64,000 bases of DNA from Terriglobia bacterium (GTDB taxonomy: Bacteria > Acidobacteriota > Terriglobia > JAJPHL01 > JAPKYU01). Under the pieces are notes generated by a model. The model saw nothing but the letters and a program-made list of their open reading frames with translations. It ran no database searches and was not told the origin of the DNA. The stretch spans positions 32,001 through 96,000 of the forward strand of contig CBDCVK010000009.1 in NCBI GenBank assembly GCA_965223005.1. The letters are read 5' to 3'. Both the position numbers and the translations under genes were made by a program. Below are positions 42,444 through 52,049 of the stretch, in pieces (position 1 is the stretch's first letter; each line of letters begins with the position of its first letter).

Positions 42444-42946
42444 ATCTGAAAGAGATCAAAGACTTGGTTGATCTCATAACCGAGAAAGGGATCACCGAGT
42501 TTGAACTGGAACGCAGCGGGATCCGGCTGCGGATCAAGCGCGGGACGAACTCGATGCCCCAGGTGAGCTGGCAAGGAGCGGTACCGACGCTGGCCGAGCC
42601 CGCGTACCGGGCGGCACCCGCAGCCAACGGTCCTGCTGTTGCGTCTGCGCTTCCGGAATCCCTCTCAACCCCTGCCCAAATGCTGGCCGAAGATTTCCAC
42701 CAGCTCAAGTCGCCGATGGTTGGGACCTTCTTTGAGGCGCCTTCCCCGGGCGCGGCGCCTTTTGTCAACCAGGGTGACTGGGTCGAGGTCGGACAGGTGC
42801 TCTGCATCGTCGAGGCCATGAAGCTGATGAACGAAATCGAGAGCGATGTGACCGGCCAGGTCGTCCAGCGCTATGTAGAAAACTCCCAGCCGGTGGAGTA
42901 TGGAGAGGCTCTGTTTGCGATCCGGCCCACCGCTAGCAAAAAGTAG
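42440..42946 (+). CDS. accB: Acetyl-CoA carboxylase biotin carboxyl carrier protein
   Basis: MNLKEIKDL, SPMVGTFF and VEAMKLMNEIE biotinylation motif. Confidence 0.95.
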   Translation: MNLKEIKDLVDLITEKGITEFELERSGIRLRIKRGTNSMPQVSWQGAVPTLAEPAYRAAPAANGPAVASALPESLSTPAQMLAEDFHQLKSPMVGTFFEAPSPGAAPFVNQGDWVEVGQVLCIVEAMKLMNEIESDVTGQVVQRYVENSQPVEYGEALFAIRPTASKK

Positions 42947-42949
42947 CTG

Positions 42950-44326
42950 ATGTTCAAGAAGATACTGGTTGCCAACCGAGGCGAAATCGCATTGCGGGTC
43001 ATCTGTGCCTGTAAGGAGCTGGGCATCAGCACGGTCGCGGTGTATTCGGAGGCCGACCGGAATTCGCTGCACGTCCGCTTTGCCGATCAGGCGGTGTGTA
43101 TTGGGCCGGCGCAGTCGGCCGATAGTTACCTGAACATCCCCAGTGTGATCAGCGCGGCCGAAATCACCGATGCGGATGCTGTCCATCCCGGCTACGGCTT
43201 CCTTTCCGAGAACGCCAATTTCGCTGAGGTTTGCGAAACCAGCAAGATCGCCTTCATTGGGCCCTCGTCGGAACTGATCCGTATCATGGGAGAAAAGGCC
43301 CGAGCCCGCCAGGTGTTCCGGCAAGCGGGCGTGCCGGTCCTGCCGGGTTCCGACAGCGTGGTGCGGAACGCGGCCGAAGCTCGCCAGATTGCCGGTTCTA
43401 TTGGCTACCCGGCTTTGCTCAAAGCAGTGGCCGGCGGCGGCGGGCGCGGTATGCGCGTCGTGTGCGACCCTGCGGAGCTGCCAGACGCCTTTGCCGCCGC
43501 CCAGCGGGAAGCCGAGATGGCTTTCGGCTGCGGCGACCTCTATCTGGAGAAATTCCTTGAGCGTCCCCGCCACGTCGAGTTCCAGGTATTGGGCGACCGC
43601 TTCGGGTCCCTGGCCCACCTCGGCGAGCGAGAGTGTACCATCCAGCGACGCCACCAGAAGCTGCTGGAGGAATCCCCCTCGCCCGCGCTGAGCGAAGCCC
43701 AGCGCCGGGAGGTAGGCAAGCAGGTGCTGCGGGCTCTGTCGCACCTTGGTTACAGCAGCGCCGGGACGGTCGAATTCCTGATGGATGAGGACGGGCAGCT
43801 CTATTTCATCGAAATGAACCCCCGCATCCAGGTGGAGCACCCGGTCACCGAGATGGTGACCAACATTGACTTGGTCAAGAGCCAGATTCTAATTGCTGCC
43901 GGAGAACCCCTGGATCTGTTACTGGAGGGCTCGTTGAGCGACGACCACGTCCCTCCCCAGGGGCATGCTTTGGAGTGCCGCATCAACGCGGAACATCCGC
44001 AAACTTTTGCCCCCTCGGCTGGGCGCATCACCACTTTCCACATCCCCGGGGGTACTGGCGTCCGTGTGGACACGGCCGCTTACGCCGAATGTGTCATCCC
44101 TCCCTATTACGACTCTTTAGTGGCCAAGCTCGTCGTCCGCGGCCGCGACCGTCAGGAGGCCATCAGCCGCATGACCCGGGCCCTGGAGATGTTTATGATT
44201 GAAGGCATCCACACCTCTATCCCGCTCCACCAGCGAATCCTGGCTGACCCGGACTTCCGTGCTGGGCGCTTCGACGTCGGCTTCCTCCAGCGGTTCAACC
44301 CGGCGGCGCTCGTCGCCACCGTCTAG
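42950..44326 (+). CDS. accC: Biotin carboxylase
   Basis: [45 protein letters not shown] and ECRINAE. Confidence 0.96.
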   Translation: MFKKILVANRGEIALRVICACKELGISTVAVYSEADRNSLHVRFADQAVCIGPAQSADSYLNIPSVISAAEITDADAVHPGYGFLSENANFAEVCETSKIAFIGPSSELIRIMGEKARARQVFRQAGVPVLPGSDSVVRNAAEARQIAGSIGYPALLKAVAGGGGRGMRVVCDPAELPDAFAAAQREAEMAFGCGDLYLEKFLERPRHVEFQVLGDRFGSLAHLGERECTIQRRHQKLLEESPSPALSEAQRREVGKQVLRALSHLGYSSAGTVEFLMDEDGQLYFIEMNPRIQVEHPVTEMVTNIDLVKSQILIAAGEPLDLLLEGSLSDDHVPPQGHALECRINAEHPQTFAPSAGRITTFHIPGGTGVRVDTAAYAECVIPPYYDSLVAKLVVRGRDRQEAISRMTRALEMFMIEGIHTSIPLHQRILADPDFRAGRFDVGFLQRFNPAALVATV

Positions 44327-44341
44327 AGGGGGCCGCCGGGC

Positions 44342-45001
44342 GTGTTTTCAGCCTCGAGGCTGTACGCCATCCTCGATACCCGCTTGCTGGAGGCGCGGGA
44401 CGTACGGACGGTCGCCGACCAACTGCTACAGACTGGGGTGCGCTTCCTGCAATATCGGCACAAGGCCCCCTTTACCCGGCGAAGCTGGGAAGACTGCTGC
44501 GCTTTGGCCGCGCTGGCCAGCCGGTATGAAGCCAGGTTCCTGGTCAATGATCGGACGGACGTGGCACTGCTTTGCGGCGCCTCAGGGGTGCACCTGGGCC
44601 AGCAAGACCTTCCTCCGGAACTGGCCCGACGCCTGCTGGGTTCGCGCCGGGAGCCGGAACCGCTCATTGGCTTCTCCACCCATAGCCTGGAGCAGGCGCG
44701 CGAGGGCGATCGCCTGCCGGTGAATTACCTGGCTATCGGTCCTGTCTTTCCTACCCGCACCAAGGAGCAGCCCGATCCGGTGGTTGGCCTGGAGGGGGTG
44801 GCTGCGGTGCGCGCCGCAGTGACCAAGCCCCTGGTGGCCATTGGCGGGATCACCCTCGAGAACGCCCGGGCGGTACTGCAGGCTGGGGCCGACGCGGTGG
44901 CTGTGTCCCGCGACCTGCTGGCCACCGGCGACGTCGCAGCGCGCGCCCGCCAGTTCCTGGACCAAGTACAAGACCAATTGCAAGAGAGGCTAGGCCCGTG
45001 A
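44342..45001 (+). CDS. thiE: Thiamine-phosphate synthase
   Basis: QYRHK, VNDRTDVA, GVHLGQQD, STHS, GPVFPTRTK and VAIGGIT. Confidence 0.9.
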   Translation: MFSASRLYAILDTRLLEARDVRTVADQLLQTGVRFLQYRHKAPFTRRSWEDCCALAALASRYEARFLVNDRTDVALLCGASGVHLGQQDLPPELARRLLGSRREPEPLIGFSTHSLEQAREGDRLPVNYLAIGPVFPTRTKEQPDPVVGLEGVAAVRAAVTKPLVAIGGITLENARAVLQAGADAVAVSRDLLATGDVAARARQFLDQVQDQLQERLGP

Positions 45002-45272
45002 AGCCTTCGCCTCCGGGGATTCAAAACGCAGAACTGGTGCAGGGACTGGGTCTGGTCAGCTCCACCACCATTGTGATGGGCTCGATGATGGGCTCCGGAA
45101 TTTTTATCGTCTCAGCCGACGTTGCTTGTCAGGTTCAGTCACCCGGCCTGCTCTGTTACGATTCAAGCCAGAGTGGACCTGGCCGGGGCTGATCATAGTT
45201 GTGCTGGGCGTGCCGGTTTACGTAGCTTTCCGCAAGGTCGGACCTGCACGAGGCCAGCAGGCAGAGAACTAA
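44998..45272 (+). pseudogene. APC amino-acid permease remnant (N- and C-terminal ends only)
   Basis: LVQGLGLVSSTTIVMGSMMGSGIFIVSAD is joined out of frame to the C-terminal WPGLIIVVLGVPVYVAFRK; the whole middle is missing. Confidence 0.75.
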
Positions 45273-45318
45273 CGAGTCGGCGTAGAATTAACGAGCCATC
45301 GGAGAATTACTGAGCAGG

Positions 45319-45449
45319 AGGAATCCGCAAATTACGCACATTTCGTAGATATTGCCGACAAATGGTGCAAAAGGGTTGCATAAAAGCTCGTAAATGATGG
45401 TCCGTTTTCCCTATCAAAATCTGCGCATCTACGAAATCTGTGGATTCCT
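45319..45449. repeat. REP/MITE-like inverted repeat
   Basis: AGGAATCCGCAAATTACGCACATTTCGTAGAT ... AATCTGCGCATCTACGAAATCTGTGGATTCCT (imperfect IRs). Confidence 0.6.
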
Positions 45450-45470
45450 GAACACGAGGAGGTAGCCGGA

Positions 45471-46040
45471 ATGGCCTTTCGACTGTTTGCGCGAAAGTCC
45501 GTGGACCAGCTTCTGGTGGAAGTCGCGGACGAAGAGCAAGGCTTGCGGCAGGCGCTTGGTCCGCTGAACCTGGCGGCGCCGGGATCTTCGTGCTAACTGG
45601 GGCGGCGGCCTCTCAGTACGCCGGTCCCGCCATTGTGCTTTCCTTCGTGCTGGCAGGTCTGGCTTCGGCTTTTGCTGGCTTGTGCTAGGCCAAACTCGCT
45701 TCCACGATTCCTGTGGCCGGCAGCGCCTACACCTACGGATATGCCACCCTAGGGGAGGTTATTGCTGGCGTTCGTGATCCTTTGCGCCGGAGTCCTGGTT
45801 CTGTGCTATCGCCACCCGGAGCTCCGGCGGCCCTTCCGAACTCCCGAGGTACCCTTTGTGCCTGCACTCGGCATTCTGGTTGCCCTTTCTATGATGATCA
45901 GCCTTCCGCTCGATACTTGGCTCCGACTGTGCGTGTGGTTGGCGATCGGAATGGTCATCTACTTTGGCTACAGCCGGAAGCACACGGGTGCAACAAAGGC
46001 AGTCGGGAGTTCCTCTTGTGCCTCCCACCGAGGCCACTAG
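45471..46040 (+). pseudogene. Cationic amino-acid permease (APC) pseudogene with internal deletions and a stop
   Basis: GAGGAGG RBS; [12 protein letters not shown]...LGPLNL, frameshift, GAGIFVLTG...AGPAIVLSF...GLC(TAG)...PVAGSAYTYGYATLGE, large deletion, then the C-terminal RPFRTP...WLAIGMVIYFGYSRKH. Confidence 0.85.
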
Positions 46041-46127
46041 CACCTGGCAGGGGCGGGCCACAAGCTTGATTCGCGCGGCGGTGGATGTCCGAAGCCTGCC
46101 GGACGAAGTCTCTCCACGCGCGCCGGT

Positions 46128-46156
46128 TTGACAAGTGGAGATGTGCCAGCTACACT
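46128..46156 (+). promoter_or_regulatory. Sigma-70 promoter for tRNA-Pro
   Basis: TTGACA-17 bp-TACACT, 35 bp upstream of the tRNA. Confidence 0.75.
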
Positions 46157-46191
46157 GGGCTCAAACGGGCCTTTCGCGTTTCTTTCCGTGT

Positions 46192-46269
<78 letters not shown>

Positions 46270-46595
46270 CAAAATAAGGAAGTTAAAAAGACAAGTCCTT
46301 GGGATAAAGATTACAAGGTAACAAGTAGGTAACGAAACCGCGGGTTGCAATGACATGTAATGGGAAGCCCAGGGCAGCACCGTTTTCAGTCTAGTCGGCC
46401 AAAGGAGCACGCAATTCGTGCGAGTTGGGACCCCACAGGCGGGAATTAAATGCTAGCCAGTTAGGCAGGATCTATCCGTACCCACCCATCTAAGAAACGC
46501 TACACCATCCAGGCAGAACATAGGTAAACACTAGTCCCTTTGTGGGGACTATTGGCTTTTTGCGCCAGGTCTACTTCCCCGAAGGGAATCCAGGC

Positions 46596-46627
46596 ACTTG
46601 TCCGGTTAGCGCGTTATACGTCCAACT
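46596..46627 (+). repeat. 32-bp palindromic site, copy A (type 1)
   Basis: ACTTGTCCGGTTA GCGCGT TATACGTCCAACT. Confidence 0.9.
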
Positions 46628-46707
46628 GGCGCACCGCTGAGCGGGTGGGGGTATGATCATTTCCGCCGCGCCTCGTTTTTGTGAACTCGTACAAGGTTCC
46701 CATCTAG

Positions 46708-46793
46708 GAGGGCATTTACAAGCTGGCGCAGGCTGCGAGCGAAGCGGTCATAGCGGTAAACGACCACCGCGTCCACGCGGCGCTTCCGGCATC
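46708..46793 (-). pseudogene. Serine recombinase (resolvase) fragment
   Basis: CRKRRVDAVVVYRYDRFARSLRQLVNAL matches the resolvase DxVVVxxxDRxxR motif; homology stops at a CTAG. Confidence 0.75.
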
Positions 46794-46802
46794 CGGGGCC
46801 CG

Positions 46803-46954
46803 CTAAGGGAGTGGTGTGTTCAGAGACCAGAAAAAGGCGAATCGGGGACCCGAGCAAGGCCCCAAAGGCCCATGAACGCCCCTGGAAACGACTCGCACAG
46901 CTCCTCCAGAACGAAGCACTTTTATTTTTGCTGCGTTTTTCAGCACCCTGCTAG
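46803..46954 (+). mobile_element. Orphan right end of an IS5-family element
   Basis: Ends TTTTTCAGCACCCTG+CTAG, identical to the end at 57615-57633 that follows the IS5 transposase remnant. Confidence 0.7.
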
Positions 46955-48387
46955 CGCACGAGGCGGGATTTTGGAAATTGGGCGTGCCAGCCGAACCAAA
47001 AGGCTCGGTGTGAAGGGAGGCGCTGTCGTCGTTCGCCCGAAGGGTGGATGAGCGCTTCCTCCCTCACTTCCCAAGCCTGGCCTTCTTCGTCGATGAGCAG
47101 CGAGTCCCGATTCCAATAAGCGAAGCTCACCCCGGTGGCATCGTGGACTCGATTGGCCCCCGACCGATCGGTCAAGATTACGAGAGGCTGGCTTCCAGCC
47201 CTTTCCTGATACAGTGGGTGCTTCTTCAGAAAAGAAGTGTCATAGGCGACCGCATTTCCCTTCAGCAGTAACGCAACGACTTCCTGTTTGTTCTTGAGCC
47301 GCTTGTCCTGAAAAGGAACCGGAAACATAAGGGCCTGGGTGGCAAAGTAATCTCGATAAGCGACGCCTTCCCTGTAATCCCTGTCATGACCGGTTTCGAG
47401 CGACAGCACCTTGGTCCGCGGATGGCGCTGCTTCCACTCCTTCCAGGTGGTTGTGACAATGGGAAGTCGCTTCAACTGCAACCCGGAGCCCGTCAGCTTT
47501 CCGGTGACCGGAACTCCTTCCAGAGCCGACCACAGGGAACGGGTCTGACGGTCGTACATCAGTTTGTTGGACCGATAGATAAAGCCGCTGGTCCCGAAAT
47601 CGAACTTCCGGCTTCCAATCCTTTGATCGTAAAGGACGGCGGACCCGCACAGGGTACAGTAGGCACAGGTCACATCGACGTCGCCAACAGTGTCGTTAAA
47701 TAATTCATGCGCGGCCAGGATTCGCTTGGGATAAGCGCGGGCATCTCCATCGATAAAGACGCCGAAGACCACGTTCTTCTTGCCCAGATAGGTTGCCTCC
47801 CGGGCTTCGATGAACTTGGGATGCTCCAGAGGAGGAATCCCGTCCACTTTCACCCCTCCCCACACAATTTCATCCAGACGGATCGCGTGCTGCACCCCGG
47901 GGTAAAAAAACCAGCGAAATCGCTGGTCAATCTGCATATAGACCGCCTCTTTAAATCCCGGGTAGTCCGGGTGCATCTGGAATTCTTGCTGCCACATCCA
48001 CTTTAGCCAGGTGTAGAAAGTTCGCTCCAACCTTTGCCCGGTTACCCGTTCGAGCATGCCCCACAGCCTCTTTGTGCGCAAATCGTTCGGAGGTAGAAAT
48101 TGAATGACCTCCAGCACCATGGGCGCGAGACCTATTTCCCAACTGGATTCAATGATGGCCAGAGGCTCCGGCCGCGACGCCTTTCGCGGGTCCACGAAAT
48201 CAGAAAGGGCCTGGACAGGATCATTCCCGGGAGAAGGGAGCCGTTGGCGAACCACCGCGGGAGCCTGCTCGATCGCACTCCCCTCTAACGCTTCAAAAGA
48301 TCTGCCCCCAGCAATAACGCCGGATGCAAAAGCTACCAAACCTACCAGGATAAAAAACAACGTTGCGCTTCTAGAACGGATGAGCAT
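46951..48387 (-). CDS. DUF3179 family secreted protein
   Basis: Signal peptide; WGGVKVDGIPPL, ARAYP, YCTLCGS, FGTSGFIYRSNKLMYDRQTRSLW and FWFGW. Confidence 0.85.
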   Translation of the reverse strand: MLIRSRSATLFFILVGLVAFASGVIAGGRSFEALEGSAIEQAPAVVRQRLPSPGNDPVQALSDFVDPRKASRPEPLAIIESSWEIGLAPMVLEVIQFLPPNDLRTKRLWGMLERVTGQRLERTFYTWLKWMWQQEFQMHPDYPGFKEAVYMQIDQRFRWFFYPGVQHAIRLDEIVWGGVKVDGIPPLEHPKFIEAREATYLGKKNVVFGVFIDGDARAYPKRILAAHELFNDTVGDVDVTCAYCTLCGSAVLYDQRIGSRKFDFGTSGFIYRSNKLMYDRQTRSLWSALEGVPVTGKLTGSGLQLKRLPIVTTTWKEWKQRHPRTKVLSLETGHDRDYREGVAYRDYFATQALMFPVPFQDKRLKNKQEVVALLLKGNAVAYDTSFLKKHPLYQERAGSQPLVILTDRSGANRVHDATGVSFAYWNRDSLLIDEEGQAWEVREEALIHPSGERRQRLPSHRAFWFGWHAQFPKSRLVR

Positions 48388-48671
48388 AACTGTATTGCCT
48401 CCTATCCCAAAAGTGGGTAGTAGCCCAGGCTCTGGCCAGTCATGGGAAGGCTCCCCTCTTGCCAGCGATCCTACGCCCCGCCCGCGGGCAAATCAACGTA
48501 GCGACTCGGCCAGTTGCAAGCGGCACGAGATACACTGCCTTGTCTCCAGTAATGCCGGATAGATTGCCCCTAACCCTCTAGTTCTTTCCGGTCCGGATGC
48601 CAACTCCCGAATGCTCGCCGACTCGGAAAGTACCCCAGCGCCTTGCGGCTCCTCGTCTAACGTCAGCGGTC

Positions 48672-48703
48672 ACTTGGACGTATAGTCGGCTATCCGGACA
48701 AGT
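48672..48703 (-). repeat. 32-bp palindromic site, copy B (type 2, inverted)
   Basis: Minus strand reads ACTTGTCCGGATA GCCGAC TATACGTCCAAGT. Confidence 0.9.
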
Positions 48704-48860
48704 GACAAAGGGAATCCTCGGCAGCAGTGTTCCGGACGGGAGAAGGAAATGGAGTTTGGGTTCGATTAGGGTTCGATAAGGGTTTCCAAGCCTTCCTGAA
48801 GCTTCCTCAACATTGCTATGCGTACCGCAAAATGAATGACTTAGCCAAAAGGGGTTAAAG

Positions 48861-48904
48861 TCATAACCCAAAGGTCGTCGGTTCAAATCCGACCCCCGCA
48901 ACCA
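48861..48904 (+). other. 3' half of initiator tRNA-Met (att-site duplication, not a full tRNA)
   Basis: TCATAACCCAAAGGTCGTCGGTTCAAATCCGACCCCCGCAACCA; no D-arm or 5' acceptor strand upstream. Confidence 0.85.
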
Positions 48905-48911
48905 AGAAATC

Positions 48912-48942
48912 AAGGGGTTAGGGCCGGATGCTCTAACCCCTT
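48912..48942. terminator. Hairpin after the tRNA fragment
   Basis: AAGGGGTTAG-N11-CTAACCCCTT inverted repeat; overlaps the IHF-consensus AATCAAGGGGTTA. Confidence 0.55.
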
Positions 48943-49003
48943 AGTTGTCTCATCTAACAGCCATCTAACAATTCACTGGGCACCAGTTGCATAAGATTTC
49001 TTC

Positions 49004-50504
49004 TCACCACGTGTAGTGCACCGTGTAGTCAATGATGGCCTCACCGCCGGCAGCAATCGTTGGTCGAAACTCTACCGTGCGAGCATCCTTTTTTCGTGTG
49101 GCTCATCGAGCCGGCCGTGATTTCCCACTGGATCCACCGATACATATGCTCGACGATGCGGACTTCGACTTCTTCGTCCTTGTGGTTGCGCACCTTGATC
49201 TGGAAAGATTCATCCACCCAGTGATTCCTCGTGTCCACTTTGAAGTTGGTCTGGCGACGTTCCCCCACAAGGTCGAAAGCGTTCCCCGTGTAGAGTTGCA
49301 CGGTCTCGTCCGTCGGCGTATGGTCGATCTTGTCCTCACCGATGAACTCATTGCGTCTGTCGACGTCTTGCCGATAGACCTTGACCTTGCCTCGCGGAAG
49401 GGGCATCCCGAGATGCGATTTCTCCGAGTTCTCGAACTCCAGCATTACCCACACCTTGGAGTTCGACACAGTACCGTATTCGGGTCGCGTACGGATGTTG
49501 TGGAAACTCCAACCGCGGTACCGGGGGTCCATCTTGAAGCCGTCGTACACGTAGATCCGTTGGGCCGCAACATTGGTGGCGCGCAGGAACTCCACCTGCT
49601 TGATTTCTCGGTCCAGGACGGTGGTCGGCCGCTCCAACGTGTATAGGTGGTATTCCTCGAATGTGCGCTCGGTTACGGCTGGATCGGCGGCAGCGTAGTC
49701 TCTTGCCTGCCCACGCGAAAAGCTGACTGGTCCGCCCTCCGGCGCGACCCGTGCCACATCTCCTGCCATGAGCTTGACCTTGGCCTTCTCGAAATCCTTG
49801 CCGCTCATGTTCTCTAGAGTGATCCATCCAATGATGTCGAAGGTGTCTCCTTTTTCCGGCGCGACCGCGTTGTAGTTCGCCTCCCAACGCATGCCCCCGG
49901 TGAGGTAGGAGATCTCGACTTCGTGATCGCCAGCTTGGGCAGACCAAAGCTTCCACAACAGCGTCGGTTTCAAAAACGCTTTCGGGTCCAAGGCATCAAA
50001 AACCGGTTTGCCGGGCAGGCCAAACTGGATCCTGCCGTCCACTTGCACAATCGGCTGACCACCCCCCTGTGGATTCGCGTAGAGCATTTGACTGGAAGCA
50101 TACTGGCGGCCATAGCGTCGAAATGCAGACGTGTGGGGGACATATCCGCTGCGCAAGATCTTGCCCCTAACGGTCTTTTTCTCACCGGTCTGCGGCAGAG
50201 TGATGTCGAAGTCCAGCACTTTGCCCTCCGACTTGCGCAGCAACAGACCTTGACTCAGCGGGTCGCTCTCGTAGTTCTGCTCCAGAATCCGGATTGAATC
50301 CGGTTGCCGAAGATGGCGGAGCACGACCGACTCAGGCTCCAGGTGCGCCGTGATATCGCTCACGCGGACCTCGTTCTCGCCCCTCACCAACCCGAAGGTA
50401 CGGTTTTCCTTTACCGCAGCGAAATTCTGGTTGTAGACAGTAAGTTGTGTTTGCGCATGTACCGTACATGGTGTAAGCACTGCAACGAGAATCAGAAATC
50501 TCAT
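49004..50504 (-). CDS. DUF4139-family secreted protein with an apparent +1 frameshift in an A6 run near the C-terminus
   Basis: GGAGG RBS; LTVYNQNFAAVKE, SYLTGGMRWEANY and LGMPLPRGKVKVY; removing one A at 49089-49094 restores ...KKDARTVEF...DYTVHYTW*. Confidence 0.85.
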
Positions 50505-50610
50505 ATGGCCTCCTGGGTCATGGTCTCCCCTGTCGGTTACATACTGCAAGAACTATACCGGGAAGTCCTCGTCGTAACCGTCTGCTGTTGACACATTCTC
50601 TCCGAGAACT

Positions 50611-52049
50611 GAGGGTGTCCTGAACTCAGTTGAAAGTTCGTAGCGGCGGTTCGGAGCCATCATACTACGCCACCTCCCGTCGAGTGGCCGACTTTGATCC
50701 TTCGAGGATCGCTTTCAACATCCACAGGTCCTGGTACCCCATCAGGCGGCGGAAGTTTTTCTCCGTGGCCAGGAAGCTGGAGGCGACCCAGCGCTGGACC
50801 ATGGCCGCATCCCGCCAGCGGCACACCCGGCGAGTTCGCAACCTCACTCCCGCCTGCGGACTCTCGATGAGATTGGTGGTGGCCAGACAGCGATGCAGCG
50901 AAGCCGGAAGCCCCAGCCGGTTGATGGTGAAACATTCCTCCAGACCCTCCCGCAAGCTGGCCGCCGCGGCCGGACAATCTCGCTCCAACCATTGGGCCAA
51001 CTTCTCCAGCTTGGCCCTGCCGGTCTTCGGATCCAACCGCCAGGCGGCCCGCATCGCCGCCCGCACCTGGTCCCGCTCTGGCTCCGGCAACCGGTCCAGG
51101 ACGTTGCGCAACTTGTGGGCGCGGCAGCGCTGCACCGGCTGCTCGGCCCCGAACACGGCGCGGATCGCCGCCCGCAAGGCCTTCGAGCCGTCGATCACAA
51201 ACAGCCGTTTCTGGGCCGGCTGCACCCCTCGCCGCACTAAACCTTCCAGCAAGTCCTGGACGGCCGCGGCGTTCTCCGTAGCCCCCTCCTGAATCCCCAG
51301 CACGTGCTTGTGCCCTTCCGCATCCACGCCCACAGCCGCAATCACGTGATGGTCGCCAAACACCATCCCGTCGATGTAGAGGATCAGCAACTCTACTTCC
51401 TCGAAGCGGCGGTTCAACAGACGTTCTAACTCGGCTGCGGCAGCCTCCATCGTTTCCCGGCTGACCGTGGAGCGCGACACACCCACGGTGTCCGCCATCT
51501 CCGGCAACACCCGCTGGTACTGCCGGGTCGAGACGCCCCGCAGCAAGATATCCAACATCCGGGCCCCCAGACCCTCGCCCTCCTGCATGGCTTCGTAGGC
51601 CGGGAGGGGAACTTCTTTCCCCGCTCCCCGGCCTGGCCGCCGGAGCCGTGGCCTGTGCACGGCCAGCTTTCTCTCCTTCAGGCGCACCCGTCCCCGCTGG
51701 CGCCCATACCAGCCTACCCCACGGCGCCGCCGGCCCTGACGGCGTGGACCGGCCACCTGCGCGGCCGACAACTCCAGCACCGCTTCAATCGCCGCCCTAC
51801 CCACCACGTCGATCAGCTCGTCGACGGCTAACCGCGATTGTTCGATCAACTCCACCCAGGGCAGCAGAAACTGCCCGTGGCGAGCCAGGTAGGCAGCCAG
51901 TTTGCGGGAGCTTCGGCTATCGCTCCGGCCTAGGATGTGGTAGCTTCTCTGCACGGCGGTTCCCCTTTCCAGAAAGTTTCCCAACCCGATTCTACGGAAC
52001 CAGGTCAGCGAACCGCCGCTCGACTTTCAACTAAAGGTGAGACACTCTC
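50611..52049 (-). mobile_element. Complete IS256-family element
   Basis: Imperfect ~42-bp IRs GAGGGTGTCCTGAACTCAGTTGAAAGTTCGTAGCGGCGGTTCG / GAGAGTGTCTCACCTTTAGTTGAAAGTCGAGCGGCGGTTCG; 8-bp TSD CGAGAACT (50603-50610 and 52050-52057). Confidence 0.92.
50665..51954 (-). CDS. IS256-family transposase
   Basis: GVSTRQY, YIDGM, GHKHVLG, IDGSKAL, QRCRAHKLRN and TTNLIES. Confidence 0.92.
   Translation of the reverse strand: MQRSYHILGRSDSRSSRKLAAYLARHGQFLLPWVELIEQSRLAVDELIDVVGRAAIEAVLELSAAQVAGPRRQGRRRRGVGWYGRQRGRVRLKERKLAVHRPRLRRPGRGAGKEVPLPAYEAMQEGEGLGARMLDILLRGVSTRQYQRVLPEMADTVGVSRSTVSRETMEAAAAELERLLNRRFEEVELLILYIDGMVFGDHHVIAAVGVDAEGHKHVLGIQEGATENAAAVQDLLEGLVRRGVQPAQKRLFVIDGSKALRAAIRAVFGAEQPVQRCRAHKLRNVLDRLPEPERDQVRAAMRAAWRLDPKTGRAKLEKLAQWLERDCPAAAASLREGLEECFTINRLGLPASLHRCLATTNLIESPQAGVRLRTRRVCRWRDAAMVQRWVASSFLATEKNFRRLMGYQDLWMLKAILEGSKSATRREVA

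Noticed and set aside
46951-48387. Selenoprotein version of DUF3179
   Set aside because: The motif is plain CTLC and the ORF has no in-frame TGA.
48830-48904. Functional tRNA-Met gene
   Set aside because: The 5' acceptor strand and D-arm are absent; only the 3' 44 nt match.
49009-49030. CGTGTAGT direct repeats as integrase arm sites
   Set aside because: Explained as coding sequence (YTVHYTW) of the frameshift-corrected DUF4139 C-terminus.
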